Shown here piece by piece: positions 9,271-17,758 of a stretch of DNA of 33,942 nt. The translations under genes and the position numbers were made by a program. Source of the stretch: Lachnospiraceae bacterium (GTDB taxonomy: Bacteria > Bacillota > Clostridia > Lachnospirales > Lachnospiraceae); the NCBI GenBank assembly GCA_024684155.1, contig JAIKXK010000265.1, positions 1 through 33,942 on the forward strand. Direction: 5' to 3'. Every line of letters starts with the position of its first letter. Position 1 is the stretch's first letter. The notes beneath the pieces were generated by a model, which made no database searches, had not been told where the DNA came from, and saw only the letters and a program-made list of their open reading frames with translations.

Positions 9271-10173
9271 TTGAAAAAAGTATTGGTATTAGGTGGCAAT
9301 GGATTTATTTGCCGAAATCTTGTAAAAACACTAGTCCAAGGTGAAGATGAAGTATATAGTTTTGATTTACATATCCCAGAGAAAAAAATCCCTAAGGTTC
9401 ACTATTTAGAAGGTGATTTTTTTGATGACTATGTTTTGAAAAATGTAGTGCAGGGAATGGATATTGTATATCATGGTATTTGTACATTAAATCCAGGTAA
9501 CTCTAATGACAAATATATGCAGGGGTATACCAGGGATTTGGTACAAACAGTAAAATTATGTGATTTGCTTCGTGAGAATAACGCTAGAATGATTTTTTTG
9601 TCTTCTGGTGGTACGGTATATGGAAAACAACCGGAAATGCCTATAAAGGAAACGGTACTTCCTAGACCTATTAATCACTATGGAAATTTAAAACTCTGTA
9701 GCGAAAATATGATTCGTGTATTTAATGTACAAAATGATACGGACTTTCGTATAGTTCGAATATCAAATCCATATGGTCCGGGGCAGGATTATCAAAAAGG
9801 CGTGGGCTTTATTGATGCAGCTTTAAAAAGAGGCTTGGCAGGAGAAAAAGTACAGGTCTATGGAGATGGTAGTGTTGTTAGAGATTATATCTATATTGAA
9901 GATGTTTGTAATGTTTTAGCCCATATGGGTATGGACCCTGGAAAACATGATATTATCAACCTTGGTAGTGGAAGAGGTGCTTCTATGCAGGAAATCCTTT
10001 CCATTGTAAAAGGATTTATTCCTAATCTACAAGTGGAGTATTTGCCGGGGCGATCTGTGGATGTACCAGAGATTTATTTGGATAATCATCGATTAATGAA
10101 ACTATATCCATCAAAATTAACTACATTAGAAGATGGAATTAAAAAATATTATGAGTATTTAAAGGAGTTATAA
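9271..10173 (+). CDS. NAD-dependent nucleotide-sugar epimerase/reductase (extended SDR, GalE-like); substrate unknown
   Basis: KVLVLGGNGFICRNL (GxxGxxG), LSSGGTVYG, the catalytic YxxxK in NHYGNLKLC and RISNPYGPGQ. A TTG start at 9271 lies 6 nt after AAGGAGA. The protein does not look like RmlB (no STDEVYG, too short) or RmlD (no STDYVF). Confidence 0.75.
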   Translation: MKKVLVLGGNGFICRNLVKTLVQGEDEVYSFDLHIPEKKIPKVHYLEGDFFDDYVLKNVVQGMDIVYHGICTLNPGNSNDKYMQGYTRDLVQTVKLCDLLRENNARMIFLSSGGTVYGKQPEMPIKETVLPRPINHYGNLKLCSENMIRVFNVQNDTDFRIVRISNPYGPGQDYQKGVGFIDAALKRGLAGEKVQVYGDGSVVRDYIYIEDVCNVLAHMGMDPGKHDIINLGSGRGASMQEILSIVKGFIPNLQVEYLPGRSVDVPEIYLDNHRLMKLYPSKLTTLEDGIKKYYEYLKEL

Positions 10174-10175
10174 AC

Positions 10176-10754
10176 ATGAGTAAGATTACAGTTACAAAAA
10201 ATTGCAATGGAATTGAAGGACTTCACGTAATTGAACCAAAGGTATTTGGTGATGACAGAGGATATTTTACAGAAACATATAATTACAATGATTTTGCAGA
10301 AGAAGGAATCGATGTAAAATTTGTTCAGGACAATCAGTCTGCATCTAAAAAAGGTGTATTACGTGGTTTACATTTCCAGATTAACTATCCTCAGGATAAG
10401 CTGGTTCGTGTAATTAGAGGACGTGTATTTGATGTTGCTGTAGATTTAAGAGATGGATCTGATACTTATGGAAAATGGTTTGGTGTTGAACTAACAGCAG
10501 AGAATAAAAAACAGTTATTTATCCCTAAAAATTTTGCTCACGGATTTATTGTATTATCGGATGAAGCAGAGTTCTGTTACAAGGTAACTGATTTTTATCA
10601 TCCAAACGATGAGGGTGGATTAATGTGGAACGATCCAGATATCGCTGTAGAATGGCCAATGCCAGAAGGAATGGGACCAGACGATTTAATTTTATCTGAT
10701 AAAGATAAGGTAAACGACAGCTATCAGGAATTTTTAAAAAAGAAAAATAGCTAA
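10176..10754 (+). CDS. rfbC: dTDP-4-dehydrorhamnose 3,5-epimerase
   Basis: VFGDDRGYFTETY, VQDNQSASKKGVLRGLHFQ, KLVRVIRGRVFDVAVDLR and LFIPKNFAHGF are canonical RmlC cupin motifs. AAGGAG lies upstream. Confidence 0.93.
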   Translation: MSKITVTKNCNGIEGLHVIEPKVFGDDRGYFTETYNYNDFAEEGIDVKFVQDNQSASKKGVLRGLHFQINYPQDKLVRVIRGRVFDVAVDLRDGSDTYGKWFGVELTAENKKQLFIPKNFAHGFIVLSDEAEFCYKVTDFYHPNDEGGLMWNDPDIAVEWPMPEGMGPDDLILSDKDKVNDSYQEFLKKKNS

Positions 10755-10765
10755 GGATAGAAACT

Positions 10766-11608
10766 ATGAGTAAGAATTTTGCCTGTGTGGAAATAGTAAA
10801 AGAACTGATAGAAAATAGAAAACTAGTTTTCACTCTTGGAAAAAATGATTTTAAAACGAAATATGCGGGACAATACTTAGGTATTGTCTGGGCATTTGTT
10901 CAGCCTGTAATTACAGTATTGGTATATTGGTTTGTATTTGAAAAAGCCTTAAATCAAGGAACTCGAATCACAAAGGCAGGAATTGAAGTGCCTTATGTTT
11001 TATGGCTGATTGCGGGCTTAGTACCTTGGTTTTATTTCTCGGAGTTGATGGCACAGGGAACATCGGCATTAATTGATTATAACTATTTGGTAAAAAAGGT
11101 TGTATTTAATATTAGTACTTTGCCAGTAGTAAAAATGATTTCTAGTCTATTTGTTCATTTTTTCTTTGTGGCATTTACTTTATTTTTGTATTGTTTATAT
11201 GGAAATTATCCAGATTTGTATACATTGCAGTTAATCTATTATTCCGTGGCAATGTCCATATTTATACTTGGATTTATCTATGCGTCAAGTGCAATTGTGG
11301 TTTTCTTTAGAGATTTCTCTCAGGTGATTAGCATTGCTCTTCAAGTAGGCATGTGGGTTACCCCTATTATGTGGAATCTGGATGGAATGGTTACGGCAGG
11401 ACGCATTGGTAAGACTTTAGAAATAATCATAAAATTAAACCCTATGTATTACATTGTAAATGGTTATAGAGAATCTCTAATTTCAAAGGTTTGGTTTTGG
11501 GAGAATCCTACCCTTACCATTTACTATTGGGGGTTGACTATTTTTATGTTTGTATTTGGCACATCTGTATTTAGAAAATTAAAAGTTCATTTTGCAGACG
11601 TGTTGTAA
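10766..11608 (+). CDS. ABC-2 type polysaccharide/teichoic-acid export permease (Wzm/TagG/RgpC-like)
   Basis: 280 aa with 6 hydrophobic segments. The N-terminal ...LGKNDFKTKYAGQYLGIVWAFVQP is the conserved ABC-2 polysaccharide permease signature. It sits directly upstream of the cognate ATPase. Confidence 0.85.
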   Translation: MSKNFACVEIVKELIENRKLVFTLGKNDFKTKYAGQYLGIVWAFVQPVITVLVYWFVFEKALNQGTRITKAGIEVPYVLWLIAGLVPWFYFSELMAQGTSALIDYNYLVKKVVFNISTLPVVKMISSLFVHFFFVAFTLFLYCLYGNYPDLYTLQLIYYSVAMSIFILGFIYASSAIVVFFRDFSQVISIALQVGMWVTPIMWNLDGMVTAGRIGKTLEIIIKLNPMYYIVNGYRESLISKVWFWENPTLTIYYWGLTIFMFVFGTSVFRKLKVHFADVL

Positions 11609-11619
11609 GGAATAGAGTT

Positions 11620-12927
11620 ATGGAAGAATATGCAATTCAAGTAAAAGATGTCAGCAAGATGTATAAATTATTTGATGACAATAAGTCACGAGTAATGGAT
11701 GCTCTTGGACTGACAAAGAAACAACTATATAAAGAACACTATGCTTTGCATCATATGGAGTTTGATGTAAAAAAAGGAGAAACCGTAGGATTAATCGGAA
11801 CCAATGGTGCTGGTAAATCCACCATATTAAAAATCATAACTGGTGTATTACATCCAACCGAGGGGAATGTGGAGATTGATGGAAGAATCTCTGCACTTCT
11901 AGAGTTAGGGGCTGGATTTAATATGGAGTATACCGGCATTGAAAATATTTACCTAAATGGAACAATGATTGGGTTCTCAAAAGAAGAAATAGATGAGAAG
12001 TTAGATGATATTTTAAATTTTGCCGATATTGGAGATTTTGTTTATCAGCCGGTGAAAACCTATTCTTCAGGTATGTTTGTTCGTTTGGCTTTTGCAGTAG
12101 CAATTAATATTGATCCTGAAATTCTGATTGTAGATGAAGCCCTTTCTGTTGGTGATGTTTTCTTCCAGGCAAAATGCTATAAAAAGTTTGAAGAATTTAA
12201 GGCAATGGGAAAGACAATCCTATTTGTAAGTCATGATTTATCCAGCATTACAAGATATTGTGATCGTGTCATTTTATTAAACAAAGGTCGTAAGCTTGCA
12301 GAAGGCACCCCTGGAGAAATGGTAAATCTTTACAAGCGAGTTTTGGCGGGAGCTGCTGATGTTGAGGGGATTGAAGCTGGAGAAAAAGGCGCATTAGAAC
12401 CTAAAACCGGTAGTGTGATAGATAAAGACGGAATGTGGAAAAGTCACTTTACCATTAACCCTAAGGTGGACGAGTATGGTGATGGTAAAGCAGAAATTAT
12501 AGATTTCGGTGTGTTTGATGAAAGAAATCTTGTAACAAATACACTTCAAAAAGGAGAGAAATTTACCATTCGCTCAAGGGTAAAGTTCCATTCGAAAATG
12601 GAAAATCCTATTTTTACTTATACCTTAAAGAATATTCAGGGAGTAGCGATTACTGGTACTAACACCATGTATGAAAAAGTAGATACAGATACTGCAAATG
12701 ATGGTGATGTATATGAAGTTGCTTTTTCTCAGGAAATGAGTCTTCAGGGCGGTGAATACTTATTATCGATTAGTTGTACCAGCTATGAAGGTGGAGAATT
12801 CCATGTTCATAATCGTTTATATGATGTAATTAACTTAACGGTGATTTCGACACAAAACACCGTAGGATTTTATGATATGTTTTCTGAAGTTTCAGTGGAA
12901 CGTAATGGAGAAACCATATTAAACTAG
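11620..12927 (+). CDS. Polysaccharide export ABC ATPase with C-terminal extension (Wzt/TagH/RgpD-like, Wzt_C-type putative glycan-binding domain)
   Basis: Walker A GTNGAGKST, signature YSSGMFVRLAFA, Walker B ILIVDEALSVGD and H-loop VSHD lie within about aa 1-245. Residues about 250-435 (12367-12924) form an extra beta-rich domain (AEIIDFGVFD..FTIRSRVKF..YEVAFSQEMSLQGGEYLLSIS). Confidence 0.85.
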   Translation: MEEYAIQVKDVSKMYKLFDDNKSRVMDALGLTKKQLYKEHYALHHMEFDVKKGETVGLIGTNGAGKSTILKIITGVLHPTEGNVEIDGRISALLELGAGFNMEYTGIENIYLNGTMIGFSKEEIDEKLDDILNFADIGDFVYQPVKTYSSGMFVRLAFAVAINIDPEILIVDEALSVGDVFFQAKCYKKFEEFKAMGKTILFVSHDLSSITRYCDRVILLNKGRKLAEGTPGEMVNLYKRVLAGAADVEGIEAGEKGALEPKTGSVIDKDGMWKSHFTINPKVDEYGDGKAEIIDFGVFDERNLVTNTLQKGEKFTIRSRVKFHSKMENPIFTYTLKNIQGVAITGTNTMYEKVDTDTANDGDVYEVAFSQEMSLQGGEYLLSISCTSYEGGEFHVHNRLYDVINLTVISTQNTVGFYDMFSEVSVERNGETILN

Positions 12928-13796
12928 TGGGGGTCACTTTGAAACAAGAAGAATTAATGCGAATACAAAGCATTGTGGAAGATGGGAAAAACCTTTCTTA
13001 TTCCGAAAAAAAAGAATATTTCCAGACAGAAGCATTCCATAGCGAATCGGTGTCTGTATTGGAACAGTTATCTTATTATAGAGAAAATCTCTACAATTGG
13101 TATCCGTTTCAATCCAGTGATCGTGTTTTAGTTTTAGGATGTGAGTGTGGCTATCTAACGGACTTTCTTTGCCAAAAGGTGAAGAAAGTTGTTTGCGTTG
13201 AACAGGAAAAAATATTTTCAGATATTTGTAATTCGAGATTTCATCAATATGAGAATTTTCAAATGGTAATCGTAGATCATCTCCTTTCCTTTGCAAAAGA
13301 TGAAAAAGAGGAATATGACATTATTATCTGTGATCATGGCATAGAAAAATATGGAGAAGCCTTATTTGAAGTTTTAAAAGAGCTTTGTAAGAGTACTACT
13401 ACCGTATTTGTTTCTGGTTCTAATCGTTTGGGAATGAAATATTGGAATGGGGCGCAAACAAAACAATATCCCAATCTGTTTGCAGGATTGCAACAAGATT
13501 ATGTGAAAGTGGAACATAGATTGTATTCCAGAAAAGAATATATAAAACTATTTGCGCGGGCAGGGTTCGTAGATGATATTTATGAGTATTATCCTTATCC
13601 CGATGAAGTATTCCCAACTGCAATTTATTCAGAAAATCGTCTTCCTAAAGTAGGAGAATTAAATAAACAGTTAAGGGATTTTTCTGAAAAGAAGGTAAGC
13701 TTTTTTAAAGAAAACGAAGCGTTTGATGTTGTAATTGAACAGGAAAACTTCCCAGAGTTTTCCAACGGGTTATTATTTGTATTACAGGTGAAATAA
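12927..13796 (+). CDS. Class I SAM-dependent methyltransferase-like protein (variant motif I)
   Basis: DRVLVLGCECGYLTDFL (motif I with GxExG instead of GxGxG, 13137-13151), VVCVEQE (acidic end of beta-2) and YDIIICDHG (motif II). The start is uncertain: GTG 12927 overlaps the wzt-like stop by 1 nt, and TTG 12939 or ATG 12957 are also possible. Confidence 0.6.
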   Translation: MGVTLKQEELMRIQSIVEDGKNLSYSEKKEYFQTEAFHSESVSVLEQLSYYRENLYNWYPFQSSDRVLVLGCECGYLTDFLCQKVKKVVCVEQEKIFSDICNSRFHQYENFQMVIVDHLLSFAKDEKEEYDIIICDHGIEKYGEALFEVLKELCKSTTTVFVSGSNRLGMKYWNGAQTKQYPNLFAGLQQDYVKVEHRLYSRKEYIKLFARAGFVDDIYEYYPYPDEVFPTAIYSENRLPKVGELNKQLRDFSEKKVSFFKENEAFDVVIEQENFPEFSNGLLFVLQVK

Positions 13797-13797
13797 A

Positions 13798-16728
13798 ATG
13801 GAAAGAATTATTTATTCTAAGTTTTCCAATGACAGAAAAAAAGAATATGCTTTGGTAACAAAAATTCTATCAAAGGATAATGAATTATATGTGTTAAAGG
13901 AAAGTGAGGAAGAAACAGCAAAAAACCATATATTTAAGCTCGTGGAAATCTGTGAGGGGTTAAAAAAACAACTTTTAGATACAGACTTTTATGTTCCTAT
14001 GAGTAAGAAAACAACCAATGGAATCAGAATGGAATATGTAGAAGGCAAGACGCTAGAAGAACATTTTGACGAATTATTAGTAGAGGGAAAAACAAAGGAA
14101 TGTGCAGAAGAAATATATGATTTTTTAAAAGATCTTTTGGAAAAAATACCACACAGTGATTTTAAGATGACAGAAGAATTTTCTGACGTCTTTGGTGAGG
14201 TAACATTGCCAGAGGGGTTATCTAGTTTTGAATGGTCAGATATTGATTTAATTTTCCCTAATATTATTTTGAGTAATAAAGGAAAAGCTATTATTGATTA
14301 TGAATGGACGTTCCATTTTCCTGTTCCGGTGGAGTATATTTGGTTTCGCTCACTTCATAGCTATATTGATTATAGCGAGAAGAGAAAAGAACTTTTAGAT
14401 TATAACTTATATGAGAAACTTGGAATTACAGAAGATATGATAGGTGCATTTTGGAAGATGGAAGATGCTTTCCAAAGTGGTATTTATGAAAAGAGTAGTT
14501 CCTTGGATGAGTTCCATGAAAAGGTGGGGCTTGAGCATTTTTCTTTTCCTTCTGATTATGAGTGTATTCATATGCCAGAGGAAACACCTGGTGATTTCTT
14601 ACGTGTTATAGCAGAATTAGAATCCGAAATTGACAGACAGGTAGAGCGTAAGATGGAAGGGTCTTGCTCTATAAAAAAATTAATTTTATGGGCAGCAAAA
14701 CTTTATGGTAGCGCATCAGAGAAAGAAAAAGAGTTGGCTCATAGAAGTATGAATGCCTCCATGTATTCCTACGATATTTTATTTCCAAATGAGTTGCAAC
14801 ATGATGAATTTATAGTAGTAGATACTGTGAATCAGAAAGCAATGGATGGGCTAAATAGTGGAAAAATTGTTGTAGTGGATGATTGGCTTTATGACAAAGA
14901 AGAAGTGACTCTATGTGATTTACTAGAAGAAAAAACTGAACTGGATTGCAGTTTGTCTTTTTCATATAAGAATGCAAAAGTGTTTTTAGAAGAACGAATG
15001 AAAGATGAACAGAAAAAAACACAAACACTGTTTTCTAATGTGAGAAAAAGAGAAAGAGAAAAAAATGAGAGAAATCTTGCTACGAAAAAAAAGAACGTCA
15101 TATTCTTTTTGGTTTTAGGAGTTTTGACTGTTTTTCGTATTGGTTTGCAACTTCGCTTGCCTATAGGAGCATTTCCTGCTCAATATAGTGACGATGGTAT
15201 TATGATGAGTAATGCCATTAATCTTATGCAGGGAAACTATTTAGGAGAGTATAATTCCTATGTTTTAACAAAGGGGATTTCTTATTCCTTGTTTTTGGTA
15301 CTTACTTATGCAACCATGATTCCTTATGGAATGATGTTATGTATATGGAATATTATTTCTGCAGTAGTGTTTTTGCGCGGAATTTCGCCTCGGATATATT
15401 CAAAAAAATTATTTGCATTTTTATATTTGGTATTACTGTACTTACCAATAGGAATGGATCGATTTATTGGAACAAGAATTTATCGAATTGGAATTATGCC
15501 TTACTTTGCTCTTTTGGTAGCTGGCTGTGCAATTGGTGCTTATCTTAGAAGGGATAAGGGAAGCAAAGCTCTTTTGCCATGGCTGATCTTTGAGGGATTA
15601 TTCCTGGCATTTTTCTATAATATTCGTGAAGATTCTATTTGGATTATGCCATTAGTATTTGTGATTCTAATCATAGAGATAGCTTTAGTTTTCGGTGGAT
15701 TGTGTAAGAAAGAGATGAATCTTTCGAAATTTCTTAAAAGAAGTTTGTTGTATTTACTTCCCATCCTTATATTGTTTGGAACACAGCAGATTTATAAAGG
15801 GGTAAATTATTGTGTATATGGAATTGCAGAAGTAAATGATCGAGCAGGATCTTCCTATGCGGATGTATTAGAGGATTTATATCATATTGATGGCGAAATT
15901 GAGAGAGTAGATGTCTGGGTAACACAGGAAATGCTTCAGAATGCCATTGATGTAAGTCCAACACTTGCATCGATTGAGAAAGAAATCCATGAGAATATGG
16001 CTCAATGGGCAGTGGAAAAGCAGGTACGTGGAGATTTAGTTGGTTGGGCATTGCGAGAAGCAGTAGCAGAAGCTGGCTATTATAAAGATGCTGTTTCAAC
16101 CGAAGCGTTCTATGCTGATGTTCACAAAGAACTAACAGACGCTTTTTCCAACGGCTCTTTAAAGGAAAGGGATGGAATCTATTTATCTTCACAGTTACAG
16201 GCAACAACTCCAAAAGAACTTGTAAAGGTAGTATTAAAATCTCTTCGCACAATGTTTTATGATAGTACCTATTACGAAGTGAAGGCAGAAGCTCAAAAAG
16301 CTCAAGGAAATGTAGATGAAGTCCGTACCTTCGAAAGAGTTACTGGACAACTTGCAGTAATGACAGAAAAGGATTTAAAGGGATATAACAAAGAAGCGAT
16401 TACGGTTGCTAATGCAATTATTTTTGTTTATCGCATTCTGGGATTTATCACTACGCTTTTAAGTGTAGTTGCATATTTATATTTAACAATTTCACTGTTG
16501 AAAAAAAGAAAGTACCAAAATGTTATCTGTATGGATTCATGGTTGATTTTAACAGGTCTTATTCTCAGTGCATTTGTACTTTGTTTTGGAGTAATGATGG
16601 CCATGCGATGGTTTGTGGACAATGTGAATATTTGGTCTGCTTTTTATACAGCAGCTTGTTTTCCATATATTGTATTGTTTAAATGGCTGGCACTTTACTT
16701 AGGTTATAAAGAGTATAAGGAAGGATAA
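13798..16728 (+). CDS. Chimeric protein: N-terminal protein-kinase-like domain, charged/coiled linker, GT-C-like polytopic membrane domain with a ~200-aa extracytoplasmic insert
   Basis: The kinase-like signature comprises YVLKES (Lys34), MEYVEGKTL (hinge-like), DLIFPN (D150-x4-N155, 14245-14262) and IIDYEW (D167, 14296-14298), spaced as in APH/WbdD-type kinases. A K/E/R-rich stretch spans aa 395-432. TM1 starts near aa 433 and is followed by AQYSDDG (15190-15195). About 8 TMs, a soluble segment at about aa 660-860 and 3 more TMs follow. Confidence 0.55.
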   Translation: MERIIYSKFSNDRKKEYALVTKILSKDNELYVLKESEEETAKNHIFKLVEICEGLKKQLLDTDFYVPMSKKTTNGIRMEYVEGKTLEEHFDELLVEGKTKECAEEIYDFLKDLLEKIPHSDFKMTEEFSDVFGEVTLPEGLSSFEWSDIDLIFPNIILSNKGKAIIDYEWTFHFPVPVEYIWFRSLHSYIDYSEKRKELLDYNLYEKLGITEDMIGAFWKMEDAFQSGIYEKSSSLDEFHEKVGLEHFSFPSDYECIHMPEETPGDFLRVIAELESEIDRQVERKMEGSCSIKKLILWAAKLYGSASEKEKELAHRSMNASMYSYDILFPNELQHDEFIVVDTVNQKAMDGLNSGKIVVVDDWLYDKEEVTLCDLLEEKTELDCSLSFSYKNAKVFLEERMKDEQKKTQTLFSNVRKREREKNERNLATKKKNVIFFLVLGVLTVFRIGLQLRLPIGAFPAQYSDDGIMMSNAINLMQGNYLGEYNSYVLTKGISYSLFLVLTYATMIPYGMMLCIWNIISAVVFLRGISPRIYSKKLFAFLYLVLLYLPIGMDRFIGTRIYRIGIMPYFALLVAGCAIGAYLRRDKGSKALLPWLIFEGLFLAFFYNIREDSIWIMPLVFVILIIEIALVFGGLCKKEMNLSKFLKRSLLYLLPILILFGTQQIYKGVNYCVYGIAEVNDRAGSSYADVLEDLYHIDGEIERVDVWVTQEMLQNAIDVSPTLASIEKEIHENMAQWAVEKQVRGDLVGWALREAVAEAGYYKDAVSTEAFYADVHKELTDAFSNGSLKERDGIYLSSQLQATTPKELVKVVLKSLRTMFYDSTYYEVKAEAQKAQGNVDEVRTFERVTGQLAVMTEKDLKGYNKEAITVANAIIFVYRILGFITTLLSVVAYLYLTISLLKKRKYQNVICMDSWLILTGLILSAFVLCFGVMMAMRWFVDNVNIWSAFYTAACFPYIVLFKWLALYLGYKEYKEG

Positions 16729-16729
16729 T

Positions 16730-17749
16730 ATGATTATTAAACTTGGAATTGCCTGTATAGGAATTCTTCTGTCTTCCCTATGTGTGGGACTGAATTTTAT
16801 AAAGGAAAAATTTAATATTGTGGAAGCGGTATTATATGGATTTCTTGGAGTCTTGGGAGGATTAGAAGTCATTTCTCTTCCGTGCATCTATCTTAGACAA
16901 AGCTTTTCTTCGTTTTTTTTGATCGGACTTATTGCAGTAGTTGTAGCATCTGTTATAGGTGTGTTTAGAAAGCGTAAATATTTGCTGACCTGGATAAAGG
17001 AAAGTGTTCGGGGAATTCCTAAAAATATATATTTCTTTATATTTTTGGTTTTCTTATTGGGACAGGTAGGAATATTACAGCTTACTTATCATATGGATGA
17101 AGATGATGCCTTTTATGTTGCTACTAGTACGACTTCGATAGATACGGATACGTTATATATTTATGATGCATTTACAGGAGAAGCTTATGATACCTATCCA
17201 GCAAGATATGTATTATCCCCATTTCCTTTGTATACAGCTTTTGTAGCAAAATGTTTCGGTCTTCGACCTATGGTGGTAGCCCATACAGTTTTTGCAGCTG
17301 TTATGATTATATTGGCGTATGGTGCAATCTGGCTGTTTTCGGAATTATTCTTTGAGGATGGAGAAAAGAAAAGTATTGTCATGGTAATAGCTTCAGGACT
17401 TACAGTATTTTCTTATTATTCTGCTGACATTGCAGGAGCTAGACTTTTGCTTCGCCCATGGCAGGGGAAAACTCTGTTAGCATCCATTGTATTGCCAGTC
17501 ATATTGTATTTTGTTTTAAAATGCGGGAAAAAAGCGAGTATGTCGCTTTTGGAATTTTGTCTGTTATTTCTTATGATGTTAGGCGCATGCTTTGTATCCT
17601 CTATGGGAATTGTTTTATCAGTTGTTATGCTTGGTGTTATTCTTGTAGTTTTATTTTTGCAGACAAAAAATATAAAAATGTTGTTGCAGGGAATTGCTTG
17701 CTGCATTCCAGGAGCAGCACTTTCTTTGATTTATTTAATGATTCGATAG
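16730..17749 (+). CDS. Polytopic membrane protein of unknown function (GT-C-like acidic loop motif)
   Basis: 339 aa with about 9-10 hydrophobic segments. An RKRKYLL loop (inside) is followed by TM4 and then YHMDEDDAFYVATS (DEDD at 17096-17107), predicted outside. AGGAAGGA lies upstream of the ATG. Confidence 0.45.
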   Translation: MIIKLGIACIGILLSSLCVGLNFIKEKFNIVEAVLYGFLGVLGGLEVISLPCIYLRQSFSSFFLIGLIAVVVASVIGVFRKRKYLLTWIKESVRGIPKNIYFFIFLVFLLGQVGILQLTYHMDEDDAFYVATSTTSIDTDTLYIYDAFTGEAYDTYPARYVLSPFPLYTAFVAKCFGLRPMVVAHTVFAAVMIILAYGAIWLFSELFFEDGEKKSIVMVIASGLTVFSYYSADIAGARLLLRPWQGKTLLASIVLPVILYFVLKCGKKASMSLLEFCLLFLMMLGACFVSSMGIVLSVVMLGVILVVLFLQTKNIKMLLQGIACCIPGAALSLIYLMIR

Positions 17750-17758
17750 GATAGAAAA

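Noticed and set aside
15085-15092. A8 homopolymer at the junction of the cytoplasmic and membrane parts of the 976-aa ORF, and similar A7-A8 tracts at 126-133, 6729-6735 and 8633-8640, as phase-variation switches
   Set aside because: A7-A8 runs encoding Lys-rich stretches are frequent throughout this AT-rich window and are shorter than typical contingency tracts. Nothing distinguishes these from background without population data.
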